64,000 nt of DNA from Dehalococcoidia bacterium (GCA_965237465.1 OZ250138.1:23137-87136); one strand, 5' to 3'. Numbered from the stretch's first letter, positions 47,728 to 58,041 are shown. A program made the numbers and translations. Notes: generated by a model from the sequence alone, not told the origin.

Positions 47728-48078
47728 TAATACCCCTTCCACATGTACACCTATTATAGCGACGGCAGGTCACCGGGTGCGCGACGAAAGGGCCGACCAG
47801 AGCACGAAAATGTCGCCGGCGCGGCGTTCTCTCGACAACCCAATGCATAACAGGAGGGCGGGGACGCCGGCGCATTCCTCAAGGGCCTGGCGAGACCGCA
47901 GCATGGACTTGCCAGAACGGAGGAAACGTAGTTCCATTGTGGTGAATGTATCCCACCCTACCCACCACATTCATGACCAATCACATCCCCCACTCTTCAT
48001 CGTCCCTCAGTGATATTCGGCCGCGCCTCTTGACTGCTGGCGTCAGTCGGACGCTATAGCGAGGGCGCTCCCATAGCT

Positions 48079-49248
48079 GTGGAAAGGCCATTGCCCGGAG
48101 ACGGACCTTCGGCCGTGCAAGACGCGAGCACCGAGGCGAGGTCCAGGTGGCGGCCCTACGTGGGCGGGGCCTTGTTGGGCCTTGCAGTCGCGGCATTTGT
48201 CATCCTGGCGGTGAGAGAGGTTGTGCTGGCTCCGCCGCCTATCGACATCCAGCTTCCGACGCCTGTGGCTGCGCCTGTTGAGGTCACCGTTCACATTGGC
48301 GGCGCGGTTGCTGAGCCTGGCGTGTACAGAGTGCCGGCCGGTTCACGGTTGCATGATGCAATTGGACTAGCCGGCGGGGTGACAGCCATGGCGGATCCGG
48401 ATGCTGCCAACCTCGCGGCGACGCTGGACGATGGCGGGAGCTACGTCATTCCTTTGCGGGAAAGCCCGCCGGATGTTGTTGTCGTCCATGTTGACGGCGC
48501 GGTAAATGAACCAGGCATATATGAGCTCGCTCTAGGAACCCGAGTCACCGATGCCATAAGTCTTGCTGGCGGCCTGACCAGGGAGGCCGACCTGAGCGAG
48601 CACAATCCTGCCGTGCCGCTTGTGGATGGGGGACGGTATCACGTGCCTACACGGGAGGCGCCGACTCGAATCAATGTGACGTTTCACATCGCCGGGGCTG
48701 TAGCAAACCAGGGCGTTTATACGTTGCCGCTTGGCAGCCGAATGCGGGATGCCATCGAGCTGGCCGGCGGTGTTCCGGGCAACGCCGATGTCAACGCCGT
48801 TGATCTGGCTCAACTGCTTTCAGACGGCGAGCGCTATTACATCCCAACCAAGGGCGAAACGGCAGTTGTGGATGTGTTGGTCCACGTTGTTGGGGCCGTC
48901 CAAGACCCTGGCCTCTACACGCTTCCGGCCGGCTCGCGACTTATTGATGCCATCGACCTGGCCGGCGGTCCGCTTCCAACGGCGGACATGCACGCCCTTA
49001 ATTTGGCGCAACGACTTCTGGATGGCGAGCGTTACCCTGTGCCAGTTGCCCGCCGGACCATCAATATCAACATCGCCACCGTGGACGAGCTTGACGCAAT
49101 CCCCGGTATCAGCCGGACGATCGCTCAGGCCATCGTCAACCACCGCGAGGCGTCAGGTATCTACAGCGCAATCGATGACCTCCTGGACGTCTCCGGCATT
49201 GGGCCAGTCACTCTGGCCGCGATTCGCCCCCACGTTTCCGTAGGGTAG
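48079..49248 (+). CDS. comEA: ComEA-like protein with four tandem SLBB domains and a C-terminal HhH DNA-binding domain
   Basis: N-terminal TM. Four repeats of V(H/N)(I/V)(G/A)GAV..PG(V/I/L)Y.LP.GSR..DAI.LAGG. C-terminal HhH motif INIATVDELDAIPGISRTIAQAIVNHRE... Confidence 0.75.
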   Translation: MERPLPGDGPSAVQDASTEARSRWRPYVGGALLGLAVAAFVILAVREVVLAPPPIDIQLPTPVAAPVEVTVHIGGAVAEPGVYRVPAGSRLHDAIGLAGGVTAMADPDAANLAATLDDGGSYVIPLRESPPDVVVVHVDGAVNEPGIYELALGTRVTDAISLAGGLTREADLSEHNPAVPLVDGGRYHVPTREAPTRINVTFHIAGAVANQGVYTLPLGSRMRDAIELAGGVPGNADVNAVDLAQLLSDGERYYIPTKGETAVVDVLVHVVGAVQDPGLYTLPAGSRLIDAIDLAGGPLPTADMHALNLAQRLLDGERYPVPVARRTININIATVDELDAIPGISRTIAQAIVNHREASGIYSAIDDLLDVSGIGPVTLAAIRPHVSVG

Positions 49249-49254
49249 GCGGGC

Positions 49255-51741
49255 ATGCGGCTGTTCGCGCTCTCGGCAGGCATGCTTGGCGGGCTCGTCC
49301 TGGCTCGATTCATTGGTTTGCCGGTGGCGCTGATGTTGGGCCTCACTCCATTGGTGATCGCCGCGGCTCTTGTCGCGCAGAAACGAGGCGTCCTCCTTGC
49401 TTCCCTGCTGATCCTGGGGTTGTTGGTTGGCGCTGCGCGCGGCGACCTGGCTTCTGGAGACCAGACGTCCCGTCAGACGGCGGGATCGTATGTCGGGACG
49501 GAATCCACATTGACAGGGATGGTGGAGGACACGCCATCACGTCGAGGCGGGCTCATCCGACTCCGCGTCAGACTGGAAACGGCCAGGCGCTCCATCGAGG
49601 CGGTAGGGTCTGAGGCGGCGGTCGTCGGCGACGCCATGGCATGGCTGTCGCCACTGTCCTACGATCTCAACGGCGGAGATCGAATTGCGCTCACCGGCGT
49701 CCCGGAATACCCGATTCGCGAAGAGGATGAGTCCCTGAATGCGCAGCCGACACGGAACGTTTTGGCCGCGCCGCCGCCGTCGGATTTCGTCATCCTGACG
49801 CGACCGAGCATCGCAGTTCTGGAGCGCGCGACAGGGCCTCGCGCGTGGCTCAATGCGATGCGGGCTAGTCTCGGAGCCTCGCTTGATAAGAGCCTGCCCT
49901 CGCCGCAGGCGGAGTTGGCGCGTGCGCTGCTGTTGGGTCAGCGTGATGATCTCCCCGCAGAGCTCACAGAGAATTGGCGGCGGGCGGGAACAGCCCATCT
50001 GCTGGCTATTTCCGGACTGCATGTGAGTGTCGTTCTGGGCGTGGCGCTCGTGGCGGGAGCATCTCTCTTTGGTCGGCGACGCTATGCGCACGTCCTGATT
50101 CCCTTGGCGTTCGTCTGGTTTTATGCGGCGATGTCCGGCATGAATCCGCCTGTGATGCGCGCCGCGATCATGGGCTCCGTCTACCTGTTTGCGATTGCGG
50201 CCGGCCGCCAGCCTAGCGGTGGCCTTGCGCTGATCCTGGCGGCGACTGCGCTGGCGATGTGGGAGCCCTCAGTCATTGCTACGGTCTCATTCCAGCTGAC
50301 GGTAGCCGCCATGGCCGGAATCATCTTTCTGACGCAGCCGCTGGAACTGTGGATCAAGACCCTCTTCGCAGGCCGCGCCGTGTCTGCTCGGCCCGCAGAT
50401 GACGCGCCGATTGCCGGATGGCGGCGGGTCATGACGACAGGCATCGCCGCCTCACTTGGCGCGGTCATTGGAATCAAGCCTCTCCTCCTTCACTACTTCG
50501 GAGCGACAGCCCTGTTCACTGTTCCGGCGAGCGCCCTTGGCACGCTGGCGTTGCCGCCGTTGTTGCTGACGTCCGCCGTCGTGGGCATCGTCGGTCTTAC
50601 CGCGGACGGTGTCATTTCCTCTCTTGCCGGCTGGCTTGCGTGGCCCTGGCTAACGTATCTGATCGGCCTTTCCGCGGCCTTCGCCGCATCTCCCTTTTCA
50701 TCCGTGACGATTGCTCCTCTAAGCGTAGGCGCGGTGCTGCTGATCTACGGCGCGATCATCGCTATATTTTGGATGTCTGTCTTCGGACGGCCATCCGGCC
50801 TACTAGGCCCGATGATCTCGCTGCCAGGCATCTCAGCCGACCATCGGCGGACGATGCTCACCTCATGGCCGGTGCTGGGCGGCCTGGCCTTCGTGGCTGC
50901 CGTAGCGAGCCTTGGAGCCGCCGCGCCCCTCATCTCAGGCTCGCTGATGTCCGAGGACCAAGAATTATCTGTCCACGTGCTGGATATTGGGCAGGGCGAT
51001 GCGATCCTTGTGGAATCGCCGGTCGGCAGGCGTGTATTGATCGACGGCGGGCCGAATGGCGCTCTGCTCAGGGCTCGCCTGTCTGAACGCCTTCCCTGGT
51101 GGTCTCGACGCATTGACGCAGTGATATTGACGCACCCAAGCGCCGACCACATCAGTGGACTCACTGAGGTTGTAGAGCGCTTTCAGGTTGGCCTCATCAT
51201 TGACCCGCAACTAGAGACCGACACAATCTATGGCCGTCAGTGGCAAGAAGCTCTTGATGACAATCCGAATGTGCCGGTGATTCGCGCGGAGCGGGGAATC
51301 TTGCTTGACCTTGGCGGCGGCGCCATTCTGGAATTCCTGCACCCGCCCGCCGAGCGACCCTTTGATGTTGCCGATGAACATGACGACAACTCTGTTGTCA
51401 TCAGGGTTACCTATGGGGAAGTCTCATTTCTGCTGTCGGCGGACATCTATGCGCCGGCCGAGAAATACTTGATCGAGTCCGGAATTCGTCTGCGCGCCAC
51501 CGTCCTCAAGGTTCCTCATCAGGGAAGCCGGTACGCGTCCACCGATGCGTTTCTTGAGGCCGTGTCGCCGCGCGTTGCAGTGATTTCAGCCGGAGAAGGC
51601 AATAGATTCGGCCATCCGCACCCTGAGACGCTAAGTCGGCTGGAGAATTCCCCCGCATCGCCTCATATACTCCGAACGGATCAACACGGCAGCATCACGC
51701 TCACAACGGACGGAGAGACGCTGAAATGGCGCAGCGAATAG
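49255..51741 (+). CDS. comEC: DNA internalization competence protein ComEC/Rec2 (with MBL-fold domain)
   Basis: Polytopic competence domain (AHLLAISGLHVS) and C-terminal metallo-beta-lactamase motif (VLDIGQGDAILVE..., HPSADHISGL). Confidence 0.8.
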   Translation: MRLFALSAGMLGGLVLARFIGLPVALMLGLTPLVIAAALVAQKRGVLLASLLILGLLVGAARGDLASGDQTSRQTAGSYVGTESTLTGMVEDTPSRRGGLIRLRVRLETARRSIEAVGSEAAVVGDAMAWLSPLSYDLNGGDRIALTGVPEYPIREEDESLNAQPTRNVLAAPPPSDFVILTRPSIAVLERATGPRAWLNAMRASLGASLDKSLPSPQAELARALLLGQRDDLPAELTENWRRAGTAHLLAISGLHVSVVLGVALVAGASLFGRRRYAHVLIPLAFVWFYAAMSGMNPPVMRAAIMGSVYLFAIAAGRQPSGGLALILAATALAMWEPSVIATVSFQLTVAAMAGIIFLTQPLELWIKTLFAGRAVSARPADDAPIAGWRRVMTTGIAASLGAVIGIKPLLLHYFGATALFTVPASALGTLALPPLLLTSAVVGIVGLTADGVISSLAGWLAWPWLTYLIGLSAAFAASPFSSVTIAPLSVGAVLLIYGAIIAIFWMSVFGRPSGLLGPMISLPGISADHRRTMLTSWPVLGGLAFVAAVASLGAAAPLISGSLMSEDQELSVHVLDIGQGDAILVESPVGRRVLIDGGPNGALLRARLSERLPWWSRRIDAVILTHPSADHISGLTEVVERFQVGLIIDPQLETDTIYGRQWQEALDDNPNVPVIRAERGILLDLGGGAILEFLHPPAERPFDVADEHDDNSVVIRVTYGEVSFLLSADIYAPAEKYLIESGIRLRATVLKVPHQGSRYASTDAFLEAVSPRVAVISAGEGNRFGHPHPETLSRLENSPASPHILRTDQHGSITLTTDGETLKWRSE

Positions 51742-51866
51742 AGCGGGGCCAATAGGCAGCAGGACAGAGCGCTGCAAGCGATATACTTGAACCGGCGTCG
51801 AAGCCCCAACCTGCTGCCCTTCCCAATTCCAGTCCCGACGCCAAGACATCCGGAGGTAATTCCGTA

Positions 51867-52631
51867 GTGCCGCTTACACGTTCCGACGGACGTAAGGCCG
51901 ATGAAATGCGGCCCGTGACAATCACCCCTGGCTACCTGGACTATGCGGAGGGCTCCGCCCTGATCACCCAGGGCAACACTCGCGTCTTGTGCGCCGCCTC
52001 CATAGAGGACCGCGTCCCCGGCTGGCTGCGCGGACAGCAAAGCGGCTGGGTGACGGCTGAGTATGCCATGCTGCCTCGCGCGACGCACACTCGCACGCCG
52101 CGCCCTCGCTCGCAGGGCAGGGACGTTGGCCGGTCGCAAGAGATCCAGCGCCTTATCGGCCGGTCATTGCGCGCCGTGACCGATTTGCCGGCGCTTGGAG
52201 AACGCAGCATCGTTGTCGATTGTGACGTCATTCAGGCGGATGGCGGCACACGGACGGCGTCCATTACGGGAGCGTATGTCGCACTCTATGCGGCGCTCCT
52301 TGGTATTCAGCGCTCGGCGAGCGAAGCGGGCGACGCCGATCCGTTCCCAACGTTTCCGCTAGTGGAGCCGGTGGCGGCCATCTCCATCGGGATCGGCGCC
52401 AGTGAGAATGACGGCGATCTGCTACTTGACCTTTGTTACGAAGAGGACTCAAGCGCCGGGGCCGATTTCAATATCGTCGCGACGGAGTCCGGCCAGCTGG
52501 TTGAGGTGCAAGGCACGGCTGAGGGCGCCACATATACCCGGGGGCAGCTTGACGCAGTCCTTGACCTGGCGATGCACGGTATGTCCGAGCTCATCGCTGC
52601 TCAGCGGACCGCCATCGCCACGCTAGCGTAA
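51867..52631 (+). CDS. rph: Ribonuclease PH
   Basis: Full-length RNase PH consensus. GTG start with GGAGGT RBS. Confidence 0.85.
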   Translation: MPLTRSDGRKADEMRPVTITPGYLDYAEGSALITQGNTRVLCAASIEDRVPGWLRGQQSGWVTAEYAMLPRATHTRTPRPRSQGRDVGRSQEIQRLIGRSLRAVTDLPALGERSIVVDCDVIQADGGTRTASITGAYVALYAALLGIQRSASEAGDADPFPTFPLVEPVAAISIGIGASENDGDLLLDLCYEEDSSAGADFNIVATESGQLVEVQGTAEGATYTRGQLDAVLDLAMHGMSELIAAQRTAIATLA

Positions 52632-52785
52632 CGGCCCGAAACGCATTTTCACCTTGTCGGGCGCACGTTGCCGGTATTTCTACTTTGGCTGTTTCTGTTA
52701 ATGCGGACCCACTTGAATTCACGTGCAGATCATCCGATGATAGAGAATTACAAGGCCAAAACCCTATATATGGTGGCATGTATTG

Positions 52786-53412
52786 ATGCAGACCAACGTC
52801 TACATAGATGGATTCAACCTTTACTATGGGGCTGTGCGAGGGACAACGCTCAAGTGGCTTGACCTACGTCCTGTGATTGAGAACGTCTTCCCCAGCGACA
52901 AAATCAATTCGATTCATTACTTTACTGCGCCAATTCATCCGAGGCCAGGCAACGTTGGCGCTCCCCAACGGCAACAAGCTTACTGGCGGGCATTGGAGAC
53001 TATTCCCGGTTTCCAATTGCACTTGGGGGCGTTTCGGACGAGAGAGATTACGCGGCCCCTGGTTAAGCCGATCGCAGCGCTTCCCAATTACGTAACTGTT
53101 AGTGACTACGAAGAGAAACGATCAGATGTCAATTTAGCCTCCAGACTGCTGTTGGACGGTTGCCAGACAAAGTTTGAGCAAGCAGTCGTCGTGACCAATG
53201 ACGCCGACTTTGTCACACCATTGACGTACGTTCGTGATGAACTTGGGTTGAAAATCTGTCTCTTGAATCCAGTGGTTCGAGGTAGAACTCAGAAACAATT
53301 CGCACAATCAGTCTCGTTCGTGAAAAGACTTAGGCCGCGCCACCTGCGAGCTGCCCAGTTGCCAGCTGTAGTGAAGGACAGCAGGGGTGCCATACTTAAG
53401 CCAGCGGACTAG
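52786..53412 (+). CDS. NYN-domain (PIN-like) nuclease protein in an AT-rich islet
   Basis: NVYIDGFNLYYG N-terminal NYN motif and TNDADF acidic motif. Local GC is about 48% against a flank of about 66%. Confidence 0.7.
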   Translation: MQTNVYIDGFNLYYGAVRGTTLKWLDLRPVIENVFPSDKINSIHYFTAPIHPRPGNVGAPQRQQAYWRALETIPGFQLHLGAFRTREITRPLVKPIAALPNYVTVSDYEEKRSDVNLASRLLLDGCQTKFEQAVVVTNDADFVTPLTYVRDELGLKICLLNPVVRGRTQKQFAQSVSFVKRLRPRHLRAAQLPAVVKDSRGAILKPAD

Positions 53413-53453
53413 TGAAACCATGTGTTAACAAGAGACCGCATTGGCGTTCATTG

Positions 53454-53529
53454 TGGTACACTTTGTGTGTACCGCCCCCGTCGCTTCGGCGGCGGGCTTG
53501 GGGCCACGCAAGTGGCCCCTGTTTTTGTT
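53454..53529 (+). ncRNA. Three consecutive stable hairpins (7-bp stem, 8-bp stem with UUCG loop, 8-bp stem with GCAA loop) ending in a T-tract: terminator and/or small structured RNA
   Basis: GGTACAC tttgt GTGTACC; CCCGTCGC ttcg GCGGCGGG; GGGGCCAC gcaa GTGGCCCC followed by TGTTTTTGTT. Confidence 0.45.
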
Positions 53530-53661
53530 CTGGGATATTGACGTAAACTTCCCCTGAAGCTTCGGTGAAAGGGCAGAGGCCGCGATGGAGACAACTCCTG
53601 AGGCGGCCTTATTTTTGTCACTCCTCACCGTGGTCGGGCCCTGCGATACAATGCGGACACG

Positions 53662-54462
53662 ATGTCTTCCTCTGACGCCGTTGTTCCCTCAAAGAGACCG
53701 CTCAGCGGCAGTGTCGCGCTTATCACGGGCGGGTCGCGGGGCATCGGGCGGGCAATCACGATGGAGCTGGCCCGTCTTGGCGCGAATGTCGCCATCAACT
53801 ACTTTCGCAACCCGGAGCAGGCCAGATCTACCGCTGACGCTGTGCAGCGCGACTTAGGCGTCCTTGCAGTTCCAATCAAGGCCCACGTCGGTGAGGCGGA
53901 CCAGGTGGAAGGGCTGATTGACGCTGTCGTCCAGGAGTTCGGCGGGATCGACATTCTCATCAACAACGCGGCATCCGGCGTACAGCGTCCCGCCCAGGAG
54001 CTGGAGCCGAAGCATTGGGACTGGACGATGTCTATCAACGCCCGTGGTCCGTGGCTTGCCGCAAAGCACGCCGCGCCCCATATGGCAGCCCGGGGCGGCG
54101 GCGCCATCGTCAATATCTCCAGCGTTGGCGCCGGACGGGTCATGGCGGACTATACGTCCGTCGGCGTTTCGAAGGCTGCGCTTGAGGCCCTGACGCGCTA
54201 CCTTGCGGTTGAGCTTGCCCCCCAAGGCATCCGAGTCAACGCCGTATCCGGTGGTCTTGTACAGACTGAGGCGCTGGATCATTTTCAGGACCGCGACAAC
54301 ATGATTGAACAAGCTGGGCGCGACACACCTGCGGGGCGCATGGTGACGCCGCAGGACCTTGCGAGCGCCGTCGCCTTTCTCTGCCTGCCTGAATCCCAAA
54401 TGATCGTTGGTCAGACAATCATTGTTGACGGCGGCATGATGCTGCCATGGCGAACGTCATGA
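53662..54462 (+). CDS. SDR-family oxidoreductase (FabG-like)
   Basis: TGGSRGIGRA cofactor motif and YxxxK catalytic pair region. Confidence 0.8.
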   Translation: MSSSDAVVPSKRPLSGSVALITGGSRGIGRAITMELARLGANVAINYFRNPEQARSTADAVQRDLGVLAVPIKAHVGEADQVEGLIDAVVQEFGGIDILINNAASGVQRPAQELEPKHWDWTMSINARGPWLAAKHAAPHMAARGGGAIVNISSVGAGRVMADYTSVGVSKAALEALTRYLAVELAPQGIRVNAVSGGLVQTEALDHFQDRDNMIEQAGRDTPAGRMVTPQDLASAVAFLCLPESQMIVGQTIIVDGGMMLPWRTS

Positions 54463-55283
54463 GCGGCGACAACTCTGAGATCGTATCCACGGAAGAACTG
54501 CGAGCGCTCGCGCAGGCCGCCAGGGAGCAGGATCGGCCTTTGGAGGCGTGGGAGCATCTGCAGCGCGCATTGTCGATCGACCAGCAAGTGCACGGCGAAA
54601 CACACGCCGATGTCATCCTGGACCTCAACAACCTTGCCACGGTCTTCCAAGAGTTAGGGGATATGGGCGGCGCGCGGCAACATTATGAGCTGGCGCTGCA
54701 ACGCGCGGAGACCCTCTACGGGCCGGATGACGAGTCTGTCGCAATCATCCACAACAACCTTGGCGGCGTGCTGCAGGAGCTTGGCCATTTTGCCGATGCC
54801 AGGCGACATCTGGAAATCGCGCTGCGCAACCTTGAGGTCGCGCACGGCCCGGATGACGTGATAGTCGCCTCGATCGTGAATAACCTTGGCGGACTGGCTC
54901 ATGAGTCAGGTGATCTACAGGGTGCGAAAGCTCACTATGAGCGGGCGCTCGCCATCGATGAGCGGGTGCGTGGTCCCAACGACCCGCACGTGGCCGCCGA
55001 GGTGAACAACATCGCAGGTGTTCTCAGGGACCAGGGAGATATGGAGAGCGCGCGCGAGGGGTATCGTCGCGCGCTTGAGATTGATGAGGCGGCGTACGGA
55101 CCGGACAGCCCGCTCGTCGCCATACGCGCCAACAACCTGGCAGGCGTTCTGCAATACATGGGGGACATGGAAGGGGCGCGGGCGCTGTTTGAGCGAGCGC
55201 ACAAGGTTCTCAACGAGGCTCGCGGCGAAGGCCACCCTGCCACGCAGCTCGTTCAGGCAAACCTGGAATCCATGCCGGAGTAG
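54447..55283 (+). CDS. TPR-repeat protein (TPR_10/12, kinesin-light-chain-like)
   Basis: Five or more 42-aa repeats with HP(D/N)VA...NNL(A/G)(G/T)VL...G pattern. Confidence 0.7.
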   Translation: MANVMSGDNSEIVSTEELRALAQAAREQDRPLEAWEHLQRALSIDQQVHGETHADVILDLNNLATVFQELGDMGGARQHYELALQRAETLYGPDDESVAIIHNNLGGVLQELGHFADARRHLEIALRNLEVAHGPDDVIVASIVNNLGGLAHESGDLQGAKAHYERALAIDERVRGPNDPHVAAEVNNIAGVLRDQGDMESAREGYRRALEIDEAAYGPDSPLVAIRANNLAGVLQYMGDMEGARALFERAHKVLNEARGEGHPATQLVQANLESMPE

Positions 55284-55498
55284 CCGGACTGCGTGTGGCG
55301 GCCAATCGCCTCCGGCCCGGCGTACCGCGCAGTCATCCACGTAAGGGCCATCGCAGCACGCCGGCTATGGCGGATGCTGGATCGGTGGTCGCCTGGTTGA
55401 TGCTCTTTAGCTCCGCGCTTGCCCCCCCTGCGCGGCTATAATGCTGGCAGGGACGCGCTGCAACTACAGTGAGTGCGTCGTCCTTAGGCAGGTGTGGA

Positions 55499-56908
55499 AT
55501 GGCGAGGCAGTCTAGAAAGCCCTCCTCCGCGGCCGAGGCCGATATGTTTGACCGGCAACGGGAGGAGAGGGTCTCCCGCGAGGCCCCGCTGGCCGCCCGG
55601 ATGCGCCCCACCACCCTGGACGAATTCGTTGGCCAGCAGCACATTTTGGGTAAAGGACGCGTTCTTCGCCGGTCCATTGAGGCTGATCAGGCGCCGTCCA
55701 TTGTGCTGTGGGGCCCGCCCGGCACCGGCAAGACCACTCTTGCCCGCATCATCGCCCACATGACCAAGTCTCACTTTGAGCCGGTCAGCGCAGTCGAATC
55801 CGGCGTGGCCGATCTACGCCGCGTGGTGGCGGAGGCGCGAGAACGGCGCGGCCTCACCGGTCAGCGCTCCATCCTCTTCATTGACGAAATCCATCGATTC
55901 AACAAGGCGCAGCAGGACGTTGTGTTGCCGCACGTAGAGGACGGCTCCATAACGTTGATCGGCGCCACGACGGAGAACCCGGCGTTTGAAATAGTCGCGC
56001 CGCTTCTCTCGCGATCGCGTGTGTATACCCTCAACGCGCTGACCGACGATGAGATAAGGCTGCTGATTGACCGCGCTCTCACCGACCATGATCGCGGTCT
56101 CGGCCAGTTGAACGCCCGCATCAGCGAGGATGCTGAAGAGGCGCTGATTTCATTGTGCGGTGGGGACGCGCGTATGGCGTTGACCGCCCTTGAGGTCGCC
56201 GTAACAGCTACGCCGCCCGATGCGGACGGCGAGCGCGTCATTGACATCCAGACCATTGAGGACGCTATTCAGCATCGCGCCCTGCGCTATGACAAGGGCG
56301 GCGAGGAACACTACAACGTCATCTCCGCGTTCATCAAGTCGATGCGTGCTTCCGACCCTGACGCCGCCCTGTATTGGATGGCGCGAATGATTGAGAGCGG
56401 TGAGGATCCCCTGTTTGTGGTGCGGCGCATGGTCATTTTTGCGGCGGAGGACGTTGGGCTTGCTGATCCGCAGGCTCTTGGCGTCGCTGTGGCATGTCAG
56501 CAGGCCGTCAGCTTTGTCGGGATGCCGGAAGGGTATCTGCCGATGGCGGAGGCGTGCCTGTATTTGGCCACAGCTCCGAAGAGCAATTCTGCCTACAAGG
56601 CGTATCTTGCGGCGCAGGAAGATGTGCGAAGCGCTGGCGCTCTCCCTGTGCCGCTGCACCTCCGCAACGCGCCGCACCCGCTGATGAGCCAGATGGGCTA
56701 CGCCAATGGTTACAAGTACCCGCATGACTACCCCGGCCACGTTGTTGACCAGCATTCGCGACCGGAGTCGCTCGAGAATCACCGCTACTACGCGCCGACC
56801 TCGCAGGGGGCGGAGGCTGAGGTTAAGGCGCGCCTGGAACAGTTCGCTGAGCTGCGTCGCCGCGCCGCGGAAAACACCCCGGCATCCGACAGCGATGGGG
56901 ATGCGTGA
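55499..56908 (+). CDS. rarA: Replication-associated recombination protein A (AAA+ ATPase)
   Basis: GPPGTGKTTLA Walker A, IDEIHRFNK Walker B, C-terminal MgsA domain. Confidence 0.8.
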   Translation: MARQSRKPSSAAEADMFDRQREERVSREAPLAARMRPTTLDEFVGQQHILGKGRVLRRSIEADQAPSIVLWGPPGTGKTTLARIIAHMTKSHFEPVSAVESGVADLRRVVAEARERRGLTGQRSILFIDEIHRFNKAQQDVVLPHVEDGSITLIGATTENPAFEIVAPLLSRSRVYTLNALTDDEIRLLIDRALTDHDRGLGQLNARISEDAEEALISLCGGDARMALTALEVAVTATPPDADGERVIDIQTIEDAIQHRALRYDKGGEEHYNVISAFIKSMRASDPDAALYWMARMIESGEDPLFVVRRMVIFAAEDVGLADPQALGVAVACQQAVSFVGMPEGYLPMAEACLYLATAPKSNSAYKAYLAAQEDVRSAGALPVPLHLRNAPHPLMSQMGYANGYKYPHDYPGHVVDQHSRPESLENHRYYAPTSQGAEAEVKARLEQFAELRRRAAENTPASDSDGDA

Positions 56909-56960
56909 CGCGGGCGCCCTTTGTACAATGAATCGACGGCCGTGATCGTTCAATAAACGA

Positions 56961-57848
56961 ATGACAACTCAACAGAGGCAAGCCGACCGCCACTTATTTG
57001 CCCCTGGAGTGTCTTTTTCCACCTTGCGGGGATGCGACCCCGATGTCCTTCTGCAAACGGTTGGGAGCATTGTCCATAATCCATTGAGCGCTGTGGATCG
57101 GCTAAAGGGCCAATTCATCTCGACAGCCTTCTACGAGCCAAGCACGCGCACCCGTTTGGGATTTCAAGTCGCCGCCAGGAACCTGGGGCTGGATGTCATG
57201 CCGCTTGATATTTCCGCCAGCTCCGTGGCGAAGGGCGAGAGCCTTGCCGATACCATTCGAGTTCTGGCCGACTATGGAATTGCGGCCCTGATCCTGCGAC
57301 ACCCTGATCGAGAGTCGATGGAGACCGCCATATCCGTCAGTCACTGTCCCGTTGTAAATGCGGGCAATGGAAATGGCGAGCATCCTGTCCAGACGCTCAT
57401 TGACCTGGTGATGATCTACCAGAGATTTGGTCGACTTTCAGATCTGAATATAACGATGACGGGCGACATTCTTAACAGCCGCACAATTCACAGTCTGCTC
57501 CCAGCATTAACGTCGCTGGGAAACGCAGTCACGCTGGTTTCCGATAGATCTCTATCGTTGGACACCGAGTCCGCAGAGGCAGACACGCTGACCCCCGATA
57601 TTCTTGGCGAAACTGACATTCTGTATATGACGCGAGTACAGTCTGAGCGTGGCTCTGCAAACCTGCCGATCGTTATGACGGAACAGACGCAACGAGATTT
57701 GAACCCGGACGCCATCGTCTTGCATCCTATGCCCCGGCTGGAGGAGTTGCCCGTCTGGTTCGATTCAGATCCTCGCGCCGCGTACTTGGGGAGGAATATC
57801 GTGGGGCTGAACGTCATGATGTTTGTCCTCAACTCGGTTATCCTCTAG
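56961..57848 (+). CDS. pyrB: Aspartate carbamoyltransferase catalytic chain (short, lower-GC)
   Basis: STRTR, HPVQ and LYMTRVQSER (Asp-binding R-x-Q) motifs, and HPMP. Confidence 0.65.
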   Translation: MTTQQRQADRHLFAPGVSFSTLRGCDPDVLLQTVGSIVHNPLSAVDRLKGQFISTAFYEPSTRTRLGFQVAARNLGLDVMPLDISASSVAKGESLADTIRVLADYGIAALILRHPDRESMETAISVSHCPVVNAGNGNGEHPVQTLIDLVMIYQRFGRLSDLNITMTGDILNSRTIHSLLPALTSLGNAVTLVSDRSLSLDTESAEADTLTPDILGETDILYMTRVQSERGSANLPIVMTEQTQRDLNPDAIVLHPMPRLEELPVWFDSDPRAAYLGRNIVGLNVMMFVLNSVIL

Positions 57849-58041
57849 AAAGCAAGTCCAGTCCACTCCGGTAGATGCCGGGCGACGAGGAGTTGCAAGG
57901 AAAGCGCCATTGGCGCCATAGGATAAAATCCAGGAAATCCGCAACAGCCAGGCGAGGACGCAGAAGAACCGCATGCCCTTGTGGTGCGGCACGGCAGACC
58001 GGTTACATAAGCCGACTAGCGGTCCAGCGAGGTCAACATAG

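Noticed and set aside
47743-48078. Riboswitch or T-box upstream of glyA
   Set aside because: No GGUGGUACC-like motif or recognisable riboswitch core. Only a loose inverted repeat and a weak TTGACT...TATAGC promoter-like pair facing comEA.
53454-53529. A tRNA or tmRNA-like element among the hairpins
   Set aside because: Three independent stem-loops with no acceptor/T-arm geometry or conserved tRNA nucleotides, so I read them as a terminator or small RNA rather than a tRNA.
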